A stretch of DNA of 64,000 nt from an uncultured Planctomycetia bacterium (GCA_964642015.1 CAZXLF010000007.1:11964-75963), one strand, 5' to 3'. Positions 39,301 to 48,817 are shown, counted from the stretch's first letter. A program made the numbers and translations. The notes: a model not told the origin generated them from the letters alone.

Positions 39301-39523
39301 CTATGTTATCGTTCGTGACCGTCAGTGTATGTCCATTAATATCAATGGACTGGCCGCTAAACGCATCTGAGGCATTTCCGACATCAGTGCCGAGATGCGT
39401 GCCGGCCGAAGCCCATTGGCCATTACCTGTCAAATTCTGATTTGCTGCAAAACCCGTAGAAATCCACAAGGAAGGAATAAATATTGGGACGAACACAAGC
39501 GCGAATATTGTCTTTTTAATCAT
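36314..39523 (-). CDS. type Va autotransporter (Gly/Thr/Asn-rich beta-helical passenger plus C-terminal 12-strand beta-barrel translocator)
   Basis: A signal peptide runs from the internal Met (MIKKTIFALVFVPIFIPSLWISTGFA). The passenger (~750 aa) is degenerate and repetitive. The C-terminal ~280 aa alternate hydrophobic residues and end in the aromatic terminal motif ...ALNYNF. Confidence 0.85.
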   Translation of the reverse strand: MIKKTIFALVFVPIFIPSLWISTGFAANQNLTGNGQWASAGTHLGTDVGNASDAFSGQSIDINGHTLTVTNDNIADDGNGKNTFVIGALSDTASTGLVNVHPNGVAGTGDLTVYIDSGNVGSNFTVQNANNDNLNTTVAVTHALTVGGNLNLTNNEATNTKSITMSVGDNLQIAGLTTITANSGGAGAASALYANGSTVTSTGGFVLDDNVGVSYLILSGSSIQTVTGTINGASDGEGVLKPGYYANAIFDSDIGATHKLSAIYAVDNTTTFNGNVSANSLILFNASSIVKVGSGKNLTAAVTASADNDGTLTLVGGSQTVTGQVGSDNTHRISVLNAGATGAADIFTANVFAKAINAGSNGATTTGTGTLTFNGNVDTGVAGTLNFGGNGTVVMANGSNLTSPTISATTAGQGTLTVKGGTVTGSISSGSSLGTINAGENATTTFTGDIAATTVNVAGANTVNLQGNTTATTLAFGAAGTVNISDGKSISGSVSTGGVNQGTLTFLGASTVSSAIGATGVANRLTAVNVNGGEVINNANIFATTTTVNSGGTLTVGGNGTDEGNLTLAGTGVLNLQANTLTVNGAGGGVVTTSATNVIKTTLNSSSVFGNIASTGNASISSGTTVNATVTGALASGTALKILDGSAGGSNGQSITVTSNSNRYTFTAANTAGDIMITPTLIPSSSIASTSNRAAVGAVLDSISSTATGDMGTVENLLFTLSPSDYDKALQQLIPNVNGGVTQGSFSAVTNYTRALGMHFDQIRDTGVSSQYGEANSRRTGISTGDESMKTVFKDSGIWFKGFTNFSDQHDHQGINGYDSGLWGTVWGADGLVSDQVRLGLAGGYARTVMNSKNVEADADIHNYLATFYAIYGVDRWSMDTSFTFAWNNYDNSRRIAFSGLDRTADAGYDGQECDWKMSVRYDIEDRGFRVTPLVSLEYIHLNLDSYTETGAGDLDLHVNAEGFDFLQSGLGMKIAYPITDHNGTYIPEVHGEWLYDFIGDKEEVTSTFTGGGASFKTSGFRPAQNSFDLGTGVTFLSKNNVSLEGVYNLDLKSGYVSHSGNVALNYNF

Positions 39524-39651
39524 TATCCGTCTCGTTTCATATACCGATAATTTTAGATCGGGTAAAAGACACAAATAATGAAACTACACTTCCACAAATT
39601 TTTAGTTTATGAAAGTAATGAACGTGTTTTTATAGATTTACAGTATTATAT

Positions 39652-39675
39652 ATAAATATAATACTACAAATAAAT
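39652..39675. promoter_or_regulatory. perfect 10-bp inverted repeat AGTATTATAT-ataa-ATATAATACT between msrB and the autotransporter gene
   Basis: Read directly from the sequence. It lies 26 nt downstream of the msrB stop and about 130 nt upstream of the autotransporter start. Confidence 0.4.
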
Positions 39676-39700
39676 TAAAATAGTTTTTATAAATAAAGAT

Positions 39701-40222
39701 TCAGGTTGAGGAGCTCATTTTGAGCGCTACGGTGTTGATACAATAGCGTTTTCCGGTCGGAGGAGGGCCGTCATCAAATACATGCCCAAGGTGCGCCCCA
39801 CATCGGGAGCACAGAACTTCCGTGCGATGCATGCCAAAATCATTGTCATCTTCCAGCTTCACGTTCAGCGGTGAAATCGGTTCCCAAAAACTCGGCCAGC
39901 CGGTGCCGGATTCAAATTTATTGCCGTAGGCGAAAAGGTCCGTTCCGCAGCCGACACATTGATAAACGCCTTTTCCGGATTTCGGGATCGCGCATTGTTT
40001 GCTGAAAGGCCGTTCGGTGCCTTTTTGCCGTGTCACTTCGTATTGCTCACGTGTCAGGATTTTTTTCCATTCGGCGTCTGACTTCACCACCGGATCAACC
40101 TTCTCAACTTTTCCGGTCGACGCATTATAGATCTCGATCTTTTGTTGTGTCTTCATGTCGGCTCCTAAAATAAAAGGGCTTAACGCGAAAATGAATAATA
40201 TAAGTTTGAGATTTATTTTCAT
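39701..40222 (-). CDS. msrB: peptide-methionine (R)-S-oxide reductase with signal peptide
   Basis: The zinc-binding and catalytic cysteines are evident (YQCVGCGTDLF...GWPSF...CSRCGAHLGHVFDDGP). Confidence 0.9.
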   Translation of the reverse strand: MKINLKLILFIFALSPFILGADMKTQQKIEIYNASTGKVEKVDPVVKSDAEWKKILTREQYEVTRQKGTERPFSKQCAIPKSGKGVYQCVGCGTDLFAYGNKFESGTGWPSFWEPISPLNVKLEDDNDFGMHRTEVLCSRCGAHLGHVFDDGPPPTGKRYCINTVALKMSSST

Positions 40223-40238
40223 TTTGACTCTTTATACT

Positions 40239-40514
40239 TTACCACACCAACGACATTTTTTCGTTTCGAGAAAGTTTTTTGATTTGAATCTCACGTTTTA
40301 ACGCAGAAGATCGATCAGAATGCGTTTCTTGATAAACCAATTTTACCGGAAGTTTTCCGCGCAGGATACGGCTTCCTTTTCCGCTGGAATGTTGTTTGAT
40401 ACGACGAGCAATATTTTTCGTGATGCCAGCATACAATGAGCCGTCGCTGCATTCAAGGATGTATAAAAACCATACATTTTTTTTGATCTTTTTTAGGCTC
40501 TTTTTAACCGCCAT
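40239..40514 (-). CDS. stand-alone GIY-YIG nuclease-family protein (UPF0213/YhbQ-like)
   Basis: FLYILECSDGSLYAGITKNIARRIKQH...GKLPVKLVYQE match the GIY-YIG, Arg and Glu motifs. Confidence 0.7.
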   Translation of the reverse strand: MAVKKSLKKIKKNVWFLYILECSDGSLYAGITKNIARRIKQHSSGKGSRILRGKLPVKLVYQETHSDRSSALKREIQIKKLSRNEKMSLVW

Positions 40515-41733
40515 TTTTTTTCGCGAACTCATAACGGCAATAAAACGACCCGAGCACGCAGGCCGCTCCACCGATGAACATTGTCCAAGGCGCTCCGATT
40601 TTGTGCGCTAAACTCCCGGCAAATAAACTACCGAACGGCATCATTCCCATGAAAGCCATCGTAAAAAAGCTCATTACGCGTCCTCTTTTGTCGTCATCGA
40701 TCCTGGTTTGCAATAAGGTGTTACTCGACGCCATCTGCACGATCATCCCGAAACCGGTCATGATCATCAGCACTACTGAAAACCATAAAATCCTTGAGAA
40801 AGCAAAAATGATCAGACCCGTTCCAAAAAGCGTCACGCTGTTGATGATGATCTTTTCGAATCCTTCCGTACTTTTTCGGGATGCTAAAAAAATACTTCCG
40901 CACAATGCACCGATGCCTGACGCTCCCAATAGAAAACCATACGTATGCGGTCCGCCGCGAAGGACGTCGCTGGCAAAAACAGGCAATAAGACGCTGAAGG
41001 GCATTCCCATGAAACTGATAAAAGCTACGAGAAGCAACAGATACCGTATTGATTTAATACCCAATGCATAACGGATGCCTTCTCTCAACTGATGCAAGAC
41101 ATGCTTTTGATCCGCTTTTTCCGGTCTCTCGGTCACATGCATCGCAAGCAACGCGAAGATCACTCCAAGATAACTGAAGCCGTCAATCAAAAAACACATG
41201 CCTTCGCCGACCATTGCGATCAAAATCCCGGCGATCGAAGGGCCGATAAGCCGCGCGCTGTTAAACATGAAAGAATTCAAGGCGATCGCGTTGCTCAGAT
41301 CTTTTTTGTCTTCGACCATATCGACGACGAACGATTGGCGCGCAGGAATGTCGAACGCATTGATCAATCCCTGCATACTGCTCAAAACAAGTACTTGCCA
41401 AGCTGTGATAACGCCCGACAAAGCCAATCCCGCCAAAAGAAAAGATTGCACCATACCAAGGATCTGAGTGATCACTAGGATACGATGTCGATTCCAGCGG
41501 TCAGCCAGCACACCTGTGAATGGTGAAAGAATAAAAGTCAGGATCTGGCTCGAAAAACCGACAAGCCCTAGCCAAAGGGTCGAATGCGTCAAGCGGTAAA
41601 CGAGCCACGTTGTGGCCACCTGCGTCATCCACGTTCCGATCAGCGAAAAACTTTGTCCGCCGAAAAATAATTTGTAGTTCCGCGAGCGCAGCGCCCGGAA
41701 CATCGAAGGCAAACGCCTTAATCGTTGAGCCAT
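40504..41733 (-). CDS. MFS transporter
   Basis: About 410 aa with 12 TM segments. A GxLaDrxGrR-like loop (GVLADRWNRHR) is present. Confidence 0.8.
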   Translation of the reverse strand: MAQRLRRLPSMFRALRSRNYKLFFGGQSFSLIGTWMTQVATTWLVYRLTHSTLWLGLVGFSSQILTFILSPFTGVLADRWNRHRILVITQILGMVQSFLLAGLALSGVITAWQVLVLSSMQGLINAFDIPARQSFVVDMVEDKKDLSNAIALNSFMFNSARLIGPSIAGILIAMVGEGMCFLIDGFSYLGVIFALLAMHVTERPEKADQKHVLHQLREGIRYALGIKSIRYLLLLVAFISFMGMPFSVLLPVFASDVLRGGPHTYGFLLGASGIGALCGSIFLASRKSTEGFEKIIINSVTLFGTGLIIFAFSRILWFSVVLMIMTGFGMIVQMASSNTLLQTRIDDDKRGRVMSFFTMAFMGMMPFGSLFAGSLAHKIGAPWTMFIGGAACVLGSFYCRYEFAKKNGG

Positions 41734-41735
41734 TT

Positions 41736-43703
41736 CTATTCGTAACGAAGCGCTTGGATAGGATTCAAATTGGCAGCCTGTCTTGCCGGCCACATGCCGA
41801 ACACAATGCCGACAATAACAGAAAAAACTGTCGCTAAAATGACGGATGAAATGGTAATTTTCGTCGCCCAGCCGGCGATCATTGAAAAAGAAACGGCGAT
41901 CCCTACTCCTAGGATCACTCCGATAATACCTCCGCTAAAAGTCATGACAACAGATTCGATCAAAAACTGGCTGATGATATCTGCTTTTCTTGCGCCGATC
42001 GCTTTGCGAAGACCTATTTCTTTCGTGCGTTCGGTCACGGATACCAGCATGATGTTCATGATGCCTATTCCTCCGACCAAAAGCGAGATCGCCGCGATCG
42101 AACCCAAAAGCCAGGTCATCGTTTTGGTCGTGCTTTCCAATGTTTCCTGGATCTGAGCCATATTCCTGATTTGGAACGAATCTTCATTTTCTTTCGATAA
42201 ATGGTGACGTTTAATCACAATCTTTTTAATCGAATCTTGGGCTTGGTCCATCAAGGTAGAATCTTTGACTTCCGCATCGATCGAGTCCACATATTGCTTC
42301 CCCATCAACCGAAACATCGCAGTCGTCAGAGGTATCACGATTACATCATCTTGATCGTTCCAGCCCGTAGCGCCTTTTTCAGGTAAAACACCGATCACGT
42401 CAAAATTGATTCGATTTATTTTAACCGTTGTTCCGACAGGATTGGAATCACCGAAAAGATTTTTAACGACTGTTGTTCCTAAAAGCGCTACTTTTTCGCG
42501 TGTTCTAAATTCCGCTTCCGTAAAAAAACGGCCTATTTTCGGAGTGGCTGCGCGCATCGTTTCGTAGTCCACACCCACACCCTGGACCTGAGTATTCCAG
42601 TTTTTATCGGCATATACGACCTGTCCTCGGGCCTGCACGTTCGGAGAAGTTCTTCTGATTTCAGGCGCTTTAGCCAATGCTTCGGCATCCTGAATAGTGA
42701 ATCTAGTGGAAGCACCCGCTTCGAGAGCAACGCCTCCTACTTTCGGAGAGCCGGGACGAATCATGAGAAGATTCGACCCTAAAGAAGCGAGCCGCTGCGC
42801 GATCGATTCCTTAGCACCTTGTCCTAAAGCCAGCATCGCGATCACAGCGCCGACGCCGATCAAAATTCCCAACATCGAAAGGATCGAGCGCAGTTTGTTC
42901 GAAAGAATAGAATGTACGGCCTCACGCAAATGATCCATCCATTCCGCGCGGCCGACTTTCAGATCTTTCTTAGATAAAATATCATCCACCAAAGGTGCTC
43001 CTGCAGCATTCACCGAAGCATCAGCCCGGGATGTTTTCTCATCTGACAACACTTTGCCGTCACGCATGAAAATGATGCGTTTGGCGTGATCGGCAACCTC
43101 TCTTTCATGAGTGACCATGATAATGGTCTTGCCGGTTTGATTGAGCGCTTTCAAAATCTTGATGATCTCTTCTTCGCTTTTGGTATCGAGATTTCCGGTA
43201 GGTTCGTCAGCAAAAATGATCGGAGGTTCGTTCACTAAAGAACGTGCGATCGCGATGCGCTGCTGCTCACCGCCTGAAAGTTTGTTCGGCTGATGCGAGG
43301 CGCGCGCGGCAAGGCCGACGCTTTTGATCTTTTCCAAAGCCGTTGGCTTAAGATCTCGTTTGCCCGCATAGATCAGAGGAAGCTCGACATTTTCAAGCGC
43401 AGTGTTTCTTTGAAGCAGATAAAATTGCTGGAAAACAAATCCCGCGACATGATTTCTTATGATAGAGAGCTCATCATCGCTGAGCTTGCTGATATCTTTT
43501 TTTCCTAAAAAATAAGATCCGGAATCGGGTCTGTCCAAAAATCCGAGAATATGAAGGAGTGTCGATTTACCGGATCCGGAAGGTCCCATGATCGCGACAA
43601 ACTCGCCCGGATCGATCTTAATAGATACATCATCAAGCGCATGGACTTCATGACCACCCATAGTATAAGTTTTTTTGATACTCTTGAGCTCGATGATTGC
43701 CAT
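41736..43703 (-). CDS. macB: MacB-type fused ABC ATPase-permease (FtsX-like TM domain)
   Basis: Walker A is GPSGSGKST, the signature is LSGGEQQR, and a C-terminal FtsX 4-TM domain with a large periplasmic loop is present. Confidence 0.88.
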   Translation of the reverse strand: MAIIELKSIKKTYTMGGHEVHALDDVSIKIDPGEFVAIMGPSGSGKSTLLHILGFLDRPDSGSYFLGKKDISKLSDDELSIIRNHVAGFVFQQFYLLQRNTALENVELPLIYAGKRDLKPTALEKIKSVGLAARASHQPNKLSGGEQQRIAIARSLVNEPPIIFADEPTGNLDTKSEEEIIKILKALNQTGKTIIMVTHEREVADHAKRIIFMRDGKVLSDEKTSRADASVNAAGAPLVDDILSKKDLKVGRAEWMDHLREAVHSILSNKLRSILSMLGILIGVGAVIAMLALGQGAKESIAQRLASLGSNLLMIRPGSPKVGGVALEAGASTRFTIQDAEALAKAPEIRRTSPNVQARGQVVYADKNWNTQVQGVGVDYETMRAATPKIGRFFTEAEFRTREKVALLGTTVVKNLFGDSNPVGTTVKINRINFDVIGVLPEKGATGWNDQDDVIVIPLTTAMFRLMGKQYVDSIDAEVKDSTLMDQAQDSIKKIVIKRHHLSKENEDSFQIRNMAQIQETLESTTKTMTWLLGSIAAISLLVGGIGIMNIMLVSVTERTKEIGLRKAIGARKADIISQFLIESVVMTFSGGIIGVILGVGIAVSFSMIAGWATKITISSVILATVFSVIVGIVFGMWPARQAANLNPIQALRYE

Positions 43704-43711
43704 GTTTCAAA

Positions 43712-44752
43712 CTACTTTCTTCCGCCACCGCCGCCTGGCATGAATGGATTTGTTTTAGCTTGAGATCCTTTGGATGGTGCGCCGGGTTTTTTAGCACGGA
43801 TGACCAATGTATCGTTCTGATCGATTCCTGAGACCACTTCAATATTCGTGTCATCAGAAATTCCAAGTTCTATTTTACGTTTTTCCGGCTTCTGGCCTTT
43901 GCCCTGACTGACGAATACAAAACTGCCTTCTTTGTCCTTTCCGCGCTTGACCGCATCGAGCGGTATCGTCAGAACATTATCCTTGCTCTCCTGGATAATA
44001 TTAACGTTCGCGCTCATGCCCGAACGGAACACATCCGGGACTTTATCCGGAAGAATATCGACGTTATAGATCGTGACGTTATTCACAACTTTGGATTCAT
44101 AATAAATGTGCCCCACCTTCGCATCCACTTTGATATCCGGATACGCATCCAGACTTATGACAGCTTTCTGTCCTTCTTTGACCTTTCCAATATCAGTCTC
44201 ATCAACTTGCGCTTCGACGATTAAACGATCCGATAACACCACAATATCATCGCTGGTCGTAACTGTCTGTCCCGGTTGGACCGATTTGACGATCACTTCA
44301 CCATCTATTGAAGCAATGATCGGCGTTGGTTTATAAACATCCTCCCAATAATGAACAGCTTCTTCTCCCTGCGGCTTTGCCGCATCCAGCAGCGCAGCCC
44401 GATCGGTAGAACTCAATAAAGCCAGAACGTCTCCTTTTTTGACCGTTTCTCCTTCTTCCACTAAAATTTTATCCACACGGCCCGGTATCGGGGATTTCAT
44501 CTCAAGGCGATTTTGCGGTTGCACGTTTCCTGTCGAGCTAACCAATTTTTGTATCGTCCCATACGTGGGTTGGACAAACCTGATGGTTTCCTGAGCATTT
44601 TTACCCTGTTTGGTCTTTGTCCAAATAAAAAATGCGGCCCCTAACAAAATCAAGATTATAAAAAGTCCCTTCCATTTCTTAAGCTGTATCAAGAGTTTCT
44701 CCTTTAACTTGGACCCATCCGGCTTCGGCCAAAAGCGCGGTAGCCTCCGCAC
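43712..44752 (-). CDS. macA: periplasmic adaptor subunit (HlyD/MacA family)
   Basis: An N-terminal anchor is followed by lipoyl/beta-barrel motifs (GDVLALLSSTD...LSDRLIVEAQVDETDI). The C-terminus is Gly-rich. Confidence 0.8.
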   Translation of the reverse strand: MRRLPRFWPKPDGSKLKEKLLIQLKKWKGLFIILILLGAAFFIWTKTKQGKNAQETIRFVQPTYGTIQKLVSSTGNVQPQNRLEMKSPIPGRVDKILVEEGETVKKGDVLALLSSTDRAALLDAAKPQGEEAVHYWEDVYKPTPIIASIDGEVIVKSVQPGQTVTTSDDIVVLSDRLIVEAQVDETDIGKVKEGQKAVISLDAYPDIKVDAKVGHIYYESKVVNNVTIYNVDILPDKVPDVFRSGMSANVNIIQESKDNVLTIPLDAVKRGKDKEGSFVFVSQGKGQKPEKRKIELGISDDTNIEVVSGIDQNDTLVIRAKKPGAPSKGSQAKTNPFMPGGGGGRK

Positions 44753-45968
44753 TCAAATACGTTTTTTGTGTTGAAACAAGATTATCTTCGATGATGATCC
44801 AGTCATTGAAAGTGATCAAACCGGTCGAATACTGCGCTTCAGCGATCTTTGCCCGTTCTTCGTCGGCATCTAAGAATTTTTTCTGAACATCCACTTCCTC
44901 GATCCCATCTTCAAATTGGGTCCAAGCCGCTTCCAAAGACACGATGATCCCGTCCCGCCCGCTTTCTTCATCCGCTTTTGCTTGGTGGAATGCAGATTCG
45001 GCTTTAAAAAGACCGCTTCCCAGACTCGTTCCCTCGAATATAGGCACGCTCACCGCGATTCCTGCTGACCATTCGTCATTTCTTGGTGGCCATACAGCCA
45101 AATCCTTATCCATTGAAGCTGTGGCCGAAATTTCAGGGAAAAAACTCGCTTCCGCAGAGCTGACACTAAAACGAGCTGATTCTTTTTGAACAACGAGCTG
45201 ACGAAATGAAGGCGTCAGATCCGCCAGTTTTTCAAGATCGGGCTCGGCCGTTTCTTTGTCCGGAACGTTGAATTCACCGTTGGCGCGGATCGAAGTGAAT
45301 TTCCTTCTCCCTAATTCTTTTGAAAGAGTGCGCTCCGCCAGGTCCAAATTCCTTGTAGCTTGAGCGACTTCAAAATTAGCCTGAGCCAGGTTTGCTTCAG
45401 CGGTCAATAGAGAACCTCTATTCTCACTTCCTGAATTGTAGCGCAGTTGTACTAGATCACGGCTTTGCTTTCGCCGTTTGACGATATCTTCAGTAATATG
45501 GATCAATTCTTGCGCTTTTAAAAGCCCGATGAACGCCGTCCGCAAACGCAAGCGCACATTCGAAGAAGTAATATCATAATTACGCTCGGATGATTCAATG
45601 TCTTTTGATGCCGCGGCTGTGTCAAAATAGGTTTTGAATCCATCAAATAAAAGTTGTTTTCCGCTTATCCCATATGAATAATCATCGCTACGCGTTGTGA
45701 TCGAACCTGAAGATCCGGTACCTCGCGTCTTTTCCCCCGAAGCTTTGGCAGACACGCTTCCAGTGATCTGAGGAAGCAAATTGCTTGATGTAATTCCATA
45801 CTGAGCTTTTACCTGGTTTAACTTTTCTTGAGCAGAAACCAGGTCGGGATGGTTTTTTTTGGCTTCCGCGACACAATCCTTCCAAGTGAGTAATTCCTCC
45901 GCTCGGACATCGTGACAAAAAAATATTGTCCAACAGCAAAAAAGGGCTGGGATCAGAATTTTATTCAT
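44679..45968 (-). CDS. TolC-family outer-membrane efflux channel
   Basis: A signal peptide is followed by two repeats of the alpha-helical/beta-barrel TolC architecture (LTWKDCVAEAKKNHPDLVSAQEKLNQ...). Confidence 0.8.
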   Translation of the reverse strand: MNKILIPALFCCWTIFFCHDVRAEELLTWKDCVAEAKKNHPDLVSAQEKLNQVKAQYGITSSNLLPQITGSVSAKASGEKTRGTGSSGSITTRSDDYSYGISGKQLLFDGFKTYFDTAAASKDIESSERNYDITSSNVRLRLRTAFIGLLKAQELIHITEDIVKRRKQSRDLVQLRYNSGSENRGSLLTAEANLAQANFEVAQATRNLDLAERTLSKELGRRKFTSIRANGEFNVPDKETAEPDLEKLADLTPSFRQLVVQKESARFSVSSAEASFFPEISATASMDKDLAVWPPRNDEWSAGIAVSVPIFEGTSLGSGLFKAESAFHQAKADEESGRDGIIVSLEAAWTQFEDGIEEVDVQKKFLDADEERAKIAEAQYSTGLITFNDWIIIEDNLVSTQKTYLSAEATALLAEAGWVQVKGETLDTA

Positions 45969-46039
45969 AGGTTTTACCGAATATTGTAACAGAAAAACTG
46001 AAGGATCTTTGCGAACTTTCGGATTCGAAACTAAAAACC

Positions 46040-46444
46040 TTAGATCGTTCCAGGGCCAGTTTCTTTCTGGCGATGTTCTTTGAAACGGGCATCCATTTTT
46101 TCGCTTATGACATCGAACTTTTTCTGCTGTTCGGGAGTCAAAATTTCGCGGATCTGAGCTCTCGTGGAATTACGTATCGCTTCGAACTTCGGATGAACCT
46201 CTTCACGGAGCGTGGTGATCTTCTTTCCTGTATCATCCAAAATAGCCGATACTTTTTGCTGCTGGTCAGGTGTCAAATTAAGTTTGGAAGTGAATTCTTT
46301 CAGCATTCGCTGATGCATTTTTTCGGGGTTTTTCCAGCTTCCTCGCAAACCACACTGAAAACCTTTTATCGTTCCGACCGCACCGATCGCAATACCCAAT
46401 ACCAACGCGACAACGATATATTTCCAATTTGAGTTCATGGTCAT
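46040..46444 (-). CDS. LTXXQ-motif periplasmic protein (Spy/CpxP family)
   Basis: An N-terminal TM/signal segment is followed by LNLTPDQQQKV and LTPEQQKKF motifs. Confidence 0.7.
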   Translation of the reverse strand: MTMNSNWKYIVVALVLGIAIGAVGTIKGFQCGLRGSWKNPEKMHQRMLKEFTSKLNLTPDQQQKVSAILDDTGKKITTLREEVHPKFEAIRNSTRAQIREILTPEQQKKFDVISEKMDARFKEHRQKETGPGTI

Positions 46445-46878
46445 CCCTCCATCACGAACTGCAAGGTGTCATCAGCGCTTGGTGCCGTATGGGAAAGTGC
46501 CCATGATAGATGTCCGCTGGTTTGCTGCATCAAAAAAGCGTCCATCGTCATTGCTTCCGGCGCCACCGGCATGATCGTCAAGATCATCAATAAAAGTCCA
46601 GCCGCTGGGATAAGCCAAGGTATTGTGATATTCCATCTAAAGGCCGGTTTGGGAGTTTCTAATTCATGGATTCGGTTCATCACGCTTCTGACAAAAAACT
46701 CTGAGGAAGCCGGTTTTGAGGCTTTGAACAAAATCTTGGATGTCTGGGTCCAGCGCTGATGAAGCTCCCGGCACTCCTGGCACCCCTCCATATGCGCCTC
46801 CACTTCCCAGCGCGAAGCCTGATCGAGCTCCCCATCGTACAAAGCGAAAAGTTTGTCTTTCATGTTCCTGTGGTCCAT
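46441..46878 (-). CDS. zf-HC2 anti-sigma factor with one TM segment
   Basis: EAHMEGCQECRE gives the HxxxCxxC zinc-finger motif. A TM helix is present (WLIPAAGLLLMILTIMPVA). It overlaps the upstream gene by 4 nt. Confidence 0.75.
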   Translation of the reverse strand: MDHRNMKDKLFALYDGELDQASRWEVEAHMEGCQECRELHQRWTQTSKILFKASKPASSEFFVRSVMNRIHELETPKPAFRWNITIPWLIPAAGLLLMILTIMPVAPEAMTMDAFLMQQTSGHLSWALSHTAPSADDTLQFVMEG

Positions 46879-46896
46879 TTTCTTTCTCCTGCCTGT

Positions 46897-47400
46897 TTAG
46901 ACGTCTCTGCTCATTGAAAAGTGTCGTGTTTTTTCCTCTATGGTTTCTCTTGCCCGGCGAAGACGCGATTTTACCGCATCTAACGAGCACTTAAGAGTTT
47001 CCGCTATTTCCTGATAGCTCAATCCTTGGACTTCCCTAAGGGTCAAAATAAGCCTCTCATCAGGAGATAAACTGGAAAGTAACTTTTCCACCAGATCTGA
47101 GGCGCCGGACGCATTCCGGGGATCCACGGAAGGTTCCCATAGATTTTGCACCTCATCGCCCGATTTTTCTATCAATGCGTCCAAAGACTCCGTTTTCTGA
47201 CGGGACCGCTTTCTCAAAAGATCCTTGCAATGATTGGACGCAATACGATAAAGCCATGTTGAAAATTTTGAATTACCCTGAAAAGAGCTAAGCGCCTGGT
47301 AGGCCTTGATAAAGATCTCTTGGGCCGCATCTTCAGCTTGCGTGGCATCGCTTAAAAGAGACGTGCAGAGCCCGAGCACTTTCGCCTGGTAACTCCGCAC
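46897..47400 (-). CDS. ECF (sigma-70 region 2/4) RNA polymerase sigma factor
   Basis: Region 2 includes IFIKAYQALSSFQGNSKFSTWLYRIASN. Region 4 is LTLREVQGLSYQEIAETLKCSLDAVKSRL. Confidence 0.88.
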   Translation of the reverse strand: MRSYQAKVLGLCTSLLSDATQAEDAAQEIFIKAYQALSSFQGNSKFSTWLYRIASNHCKDLLRKRSRQKTESLDALIEKSGDEVQNLWEPSVDPRNASGASDLVEKLLSSLSPDERLILTLREVQGLSYQEIAETLKCSLDAVKSRLRRARETIEEKTRHFSMSRDV

Positions 47401-47476
47401 GATCCCCGCATAAGCGTCCGTATTTCCGGATAGTACTTGTTGAATAAGAGCTTGGTCTTCGATGGAACGCTCCCGC

Positions 47477-47983
47477 TTATTTTTGCTTATTCTTCCACTG
47501 CTCCATCTTGGTCTTCATCAATTCTTTGACCTTATTGAGCTGATCCGGCGTCAAAGTGCTTTTCAACTTCGCATACGCAGCGACATTCGACTTAGCTGCT
47601 GCCGTCATAGAAGCCGAGGCCTTGTCTATCATGGCGTTGACCCCATCCACATCTATCTTATCTTCTTCTAATTTAGACCTTAAATCCAGCATAAAAACTT
47701 TCGTTTCAGCTGTCTGACGGATATTGTCTTTTTCGACCTGAAGATTCAGATCTTTGATCGATGCGACTTGCTCCTCCGAAAGTCCTATGTCCGATTTATG
47801 CTCGAGCAAAAAATGAGCTTTCCGCATGAACTTAAAAGTCACAGGAGATTGGTCGCCATCATGATGACCATATCCACCGTAACCGGACTCTCCTCCGTAA
47901 ACAGCATGCGCATATAAAGGTGCGCTAAAAACCAACAACGCTCCGATTCCCAAAAAACCTACCAACATTTTATTGATCTTCAT
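47477..47983 (-). CDS. second LTXXQ-motif periplasmic protein (Spy/CpxP family)
   Basis: A signal peptide is followed by the LTPDQLNKVKEL motif and a helical body. Confidence 0.65.
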   Translation of the reverse strand: MKINKMLVGFLGIGALLVFSAPLYAHAVYGGESGYGGYGHHDGDQSPVTFKFMRKAHFLLEHKSDIGLSEEQVASIKDLNLQVEKDNIRQTAETKVFMLDLRSKLEEDKIDVDGVNAMIDKASASMTAAAKSNVAAYAKLKSTLTPDQLNKVKELMKTKMEQWKNKQK

Positions 47984-48010
47984 CTGAGTTCTCCTTTGTT
48001 ATTATTCCGT

Positions 48011-48718
48011 TTATTGCAAAACTTCTTCTTCGGAAACAATATTTCCGCTAGCATCATATTTGCGGATGATGTGTTTCTGAAGCGTCGGGTTCACAGTCGT
48101 GGGACTATAAACAGGCTGGCCATAAGTTTGTTGGGATCCATAATAAACTGGCGCTGATTGCTGTGCTGAGGGTCCTGTTAATACATCAAGCAATGCTCCG
48201 CCGATAATATTGGTACCCGCCCCGATCAAGGCACCTTTTCCTGCGTTGCCACCTGAAGCGCTGGCGGCAATGGCTCCTGTGCCGGCGCCCAAAATCCCTT
48301 GTTTGATGAGCTGTTTATTGGAATCCATTTGCGGTTGGTTATAGCTATACACAGGCGCTGGTTGCGCATAAACAGGCTGAGGCTGATAGACCGACTGTTG
48401 AACGACCACCGGCTGAACAACCGGTTCCTGATAATAAGGCTGTACATAAGAGACTTGCTGGCTTGGACCGGAACCAGAATCAGTCAAAAAGCCAAGAAGC
48501 GCACCTCCGATCACATTGGTGCCTGCACCGATCAAAGCGCCTTTTCCAGCATTGCCTCCCGATGCTCCCGCAGACAAAGCTCCCGTACCTGCGCCTAAAA
48601 GGCCTTGCCTTAAAATATCCAACGAACCGCTGCTTGCTGCAAATGCTTGCGAGTTAAAAAACGAAAAACCCATAGCGGAAATTACCGCTATCATTCCGAT
48701 ACGACTTGAAGTTTTCAT
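48011..48718 (-). CDS. secreted glycine-zipper (YMGG-like) protein with two tandem copies of a ~40-aa Gly-zipper unit and Q/P/Y-rich linkers
   Basis: A signal peptide is present (MKTSSRIGMIAVISAMGFSFFNSQAFA). The unit GLLGAGTGALSAGASGGNAGKGALIGAGTNVIGGALL occurs twice, the second time as GILGAGTGAIAASASGGNAGKGALIGAGTNIIGGALL. Confidence 0.7.
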   Translation of the reverse strand: MKTSSRIGMIAVISAMGFSFFNSQAFAASSGSLDILRQGLLGAGTGALSAGASGGNAGKGALIGAGTNVIGGALLGFLTDSGSGPSQQVSYVQPYYQEPVVQPVVVQQSVYQPQPVYAQPAPVYSYNQPQMDSNKQLIKQGILGAGTGAIAASASGGNAGKGALIGAGTNIIGGALLDVLTGPSAQQSAPVYYGSQQTYGQPVYSPTTVNPTLQKHIIRKYDASGNIVSEEEVLQ

Positions 48719-48817
48719 CTTGATTTCCCCCTGTTTTAATTTTTGGTGGTTCCGATTTCTTTTTCCTTTGCCATTTAGACGCCTCCGATCACATAAAAGT
48801 GTCATAACAGACACGGT

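Noticed and set aside
40239-40514. The stand-alone GIY-YIG protein considered as part of a defence system.
   Set aside because: Its size and motifs match the widespread UPF0213/YhbQ family. No partner methyltransferase, ATPase or toxin is adjacent; its neighbours are msrB and an MFS transporter.
41770-42156. A 128-aa plus-strand ORF across the macB/MFS junction.
   Set aside because: It overlaps the MacB FtsX-domain coding region on the opposite strand. The hydrophobic antisense translation is typical of TM-coding DNA.
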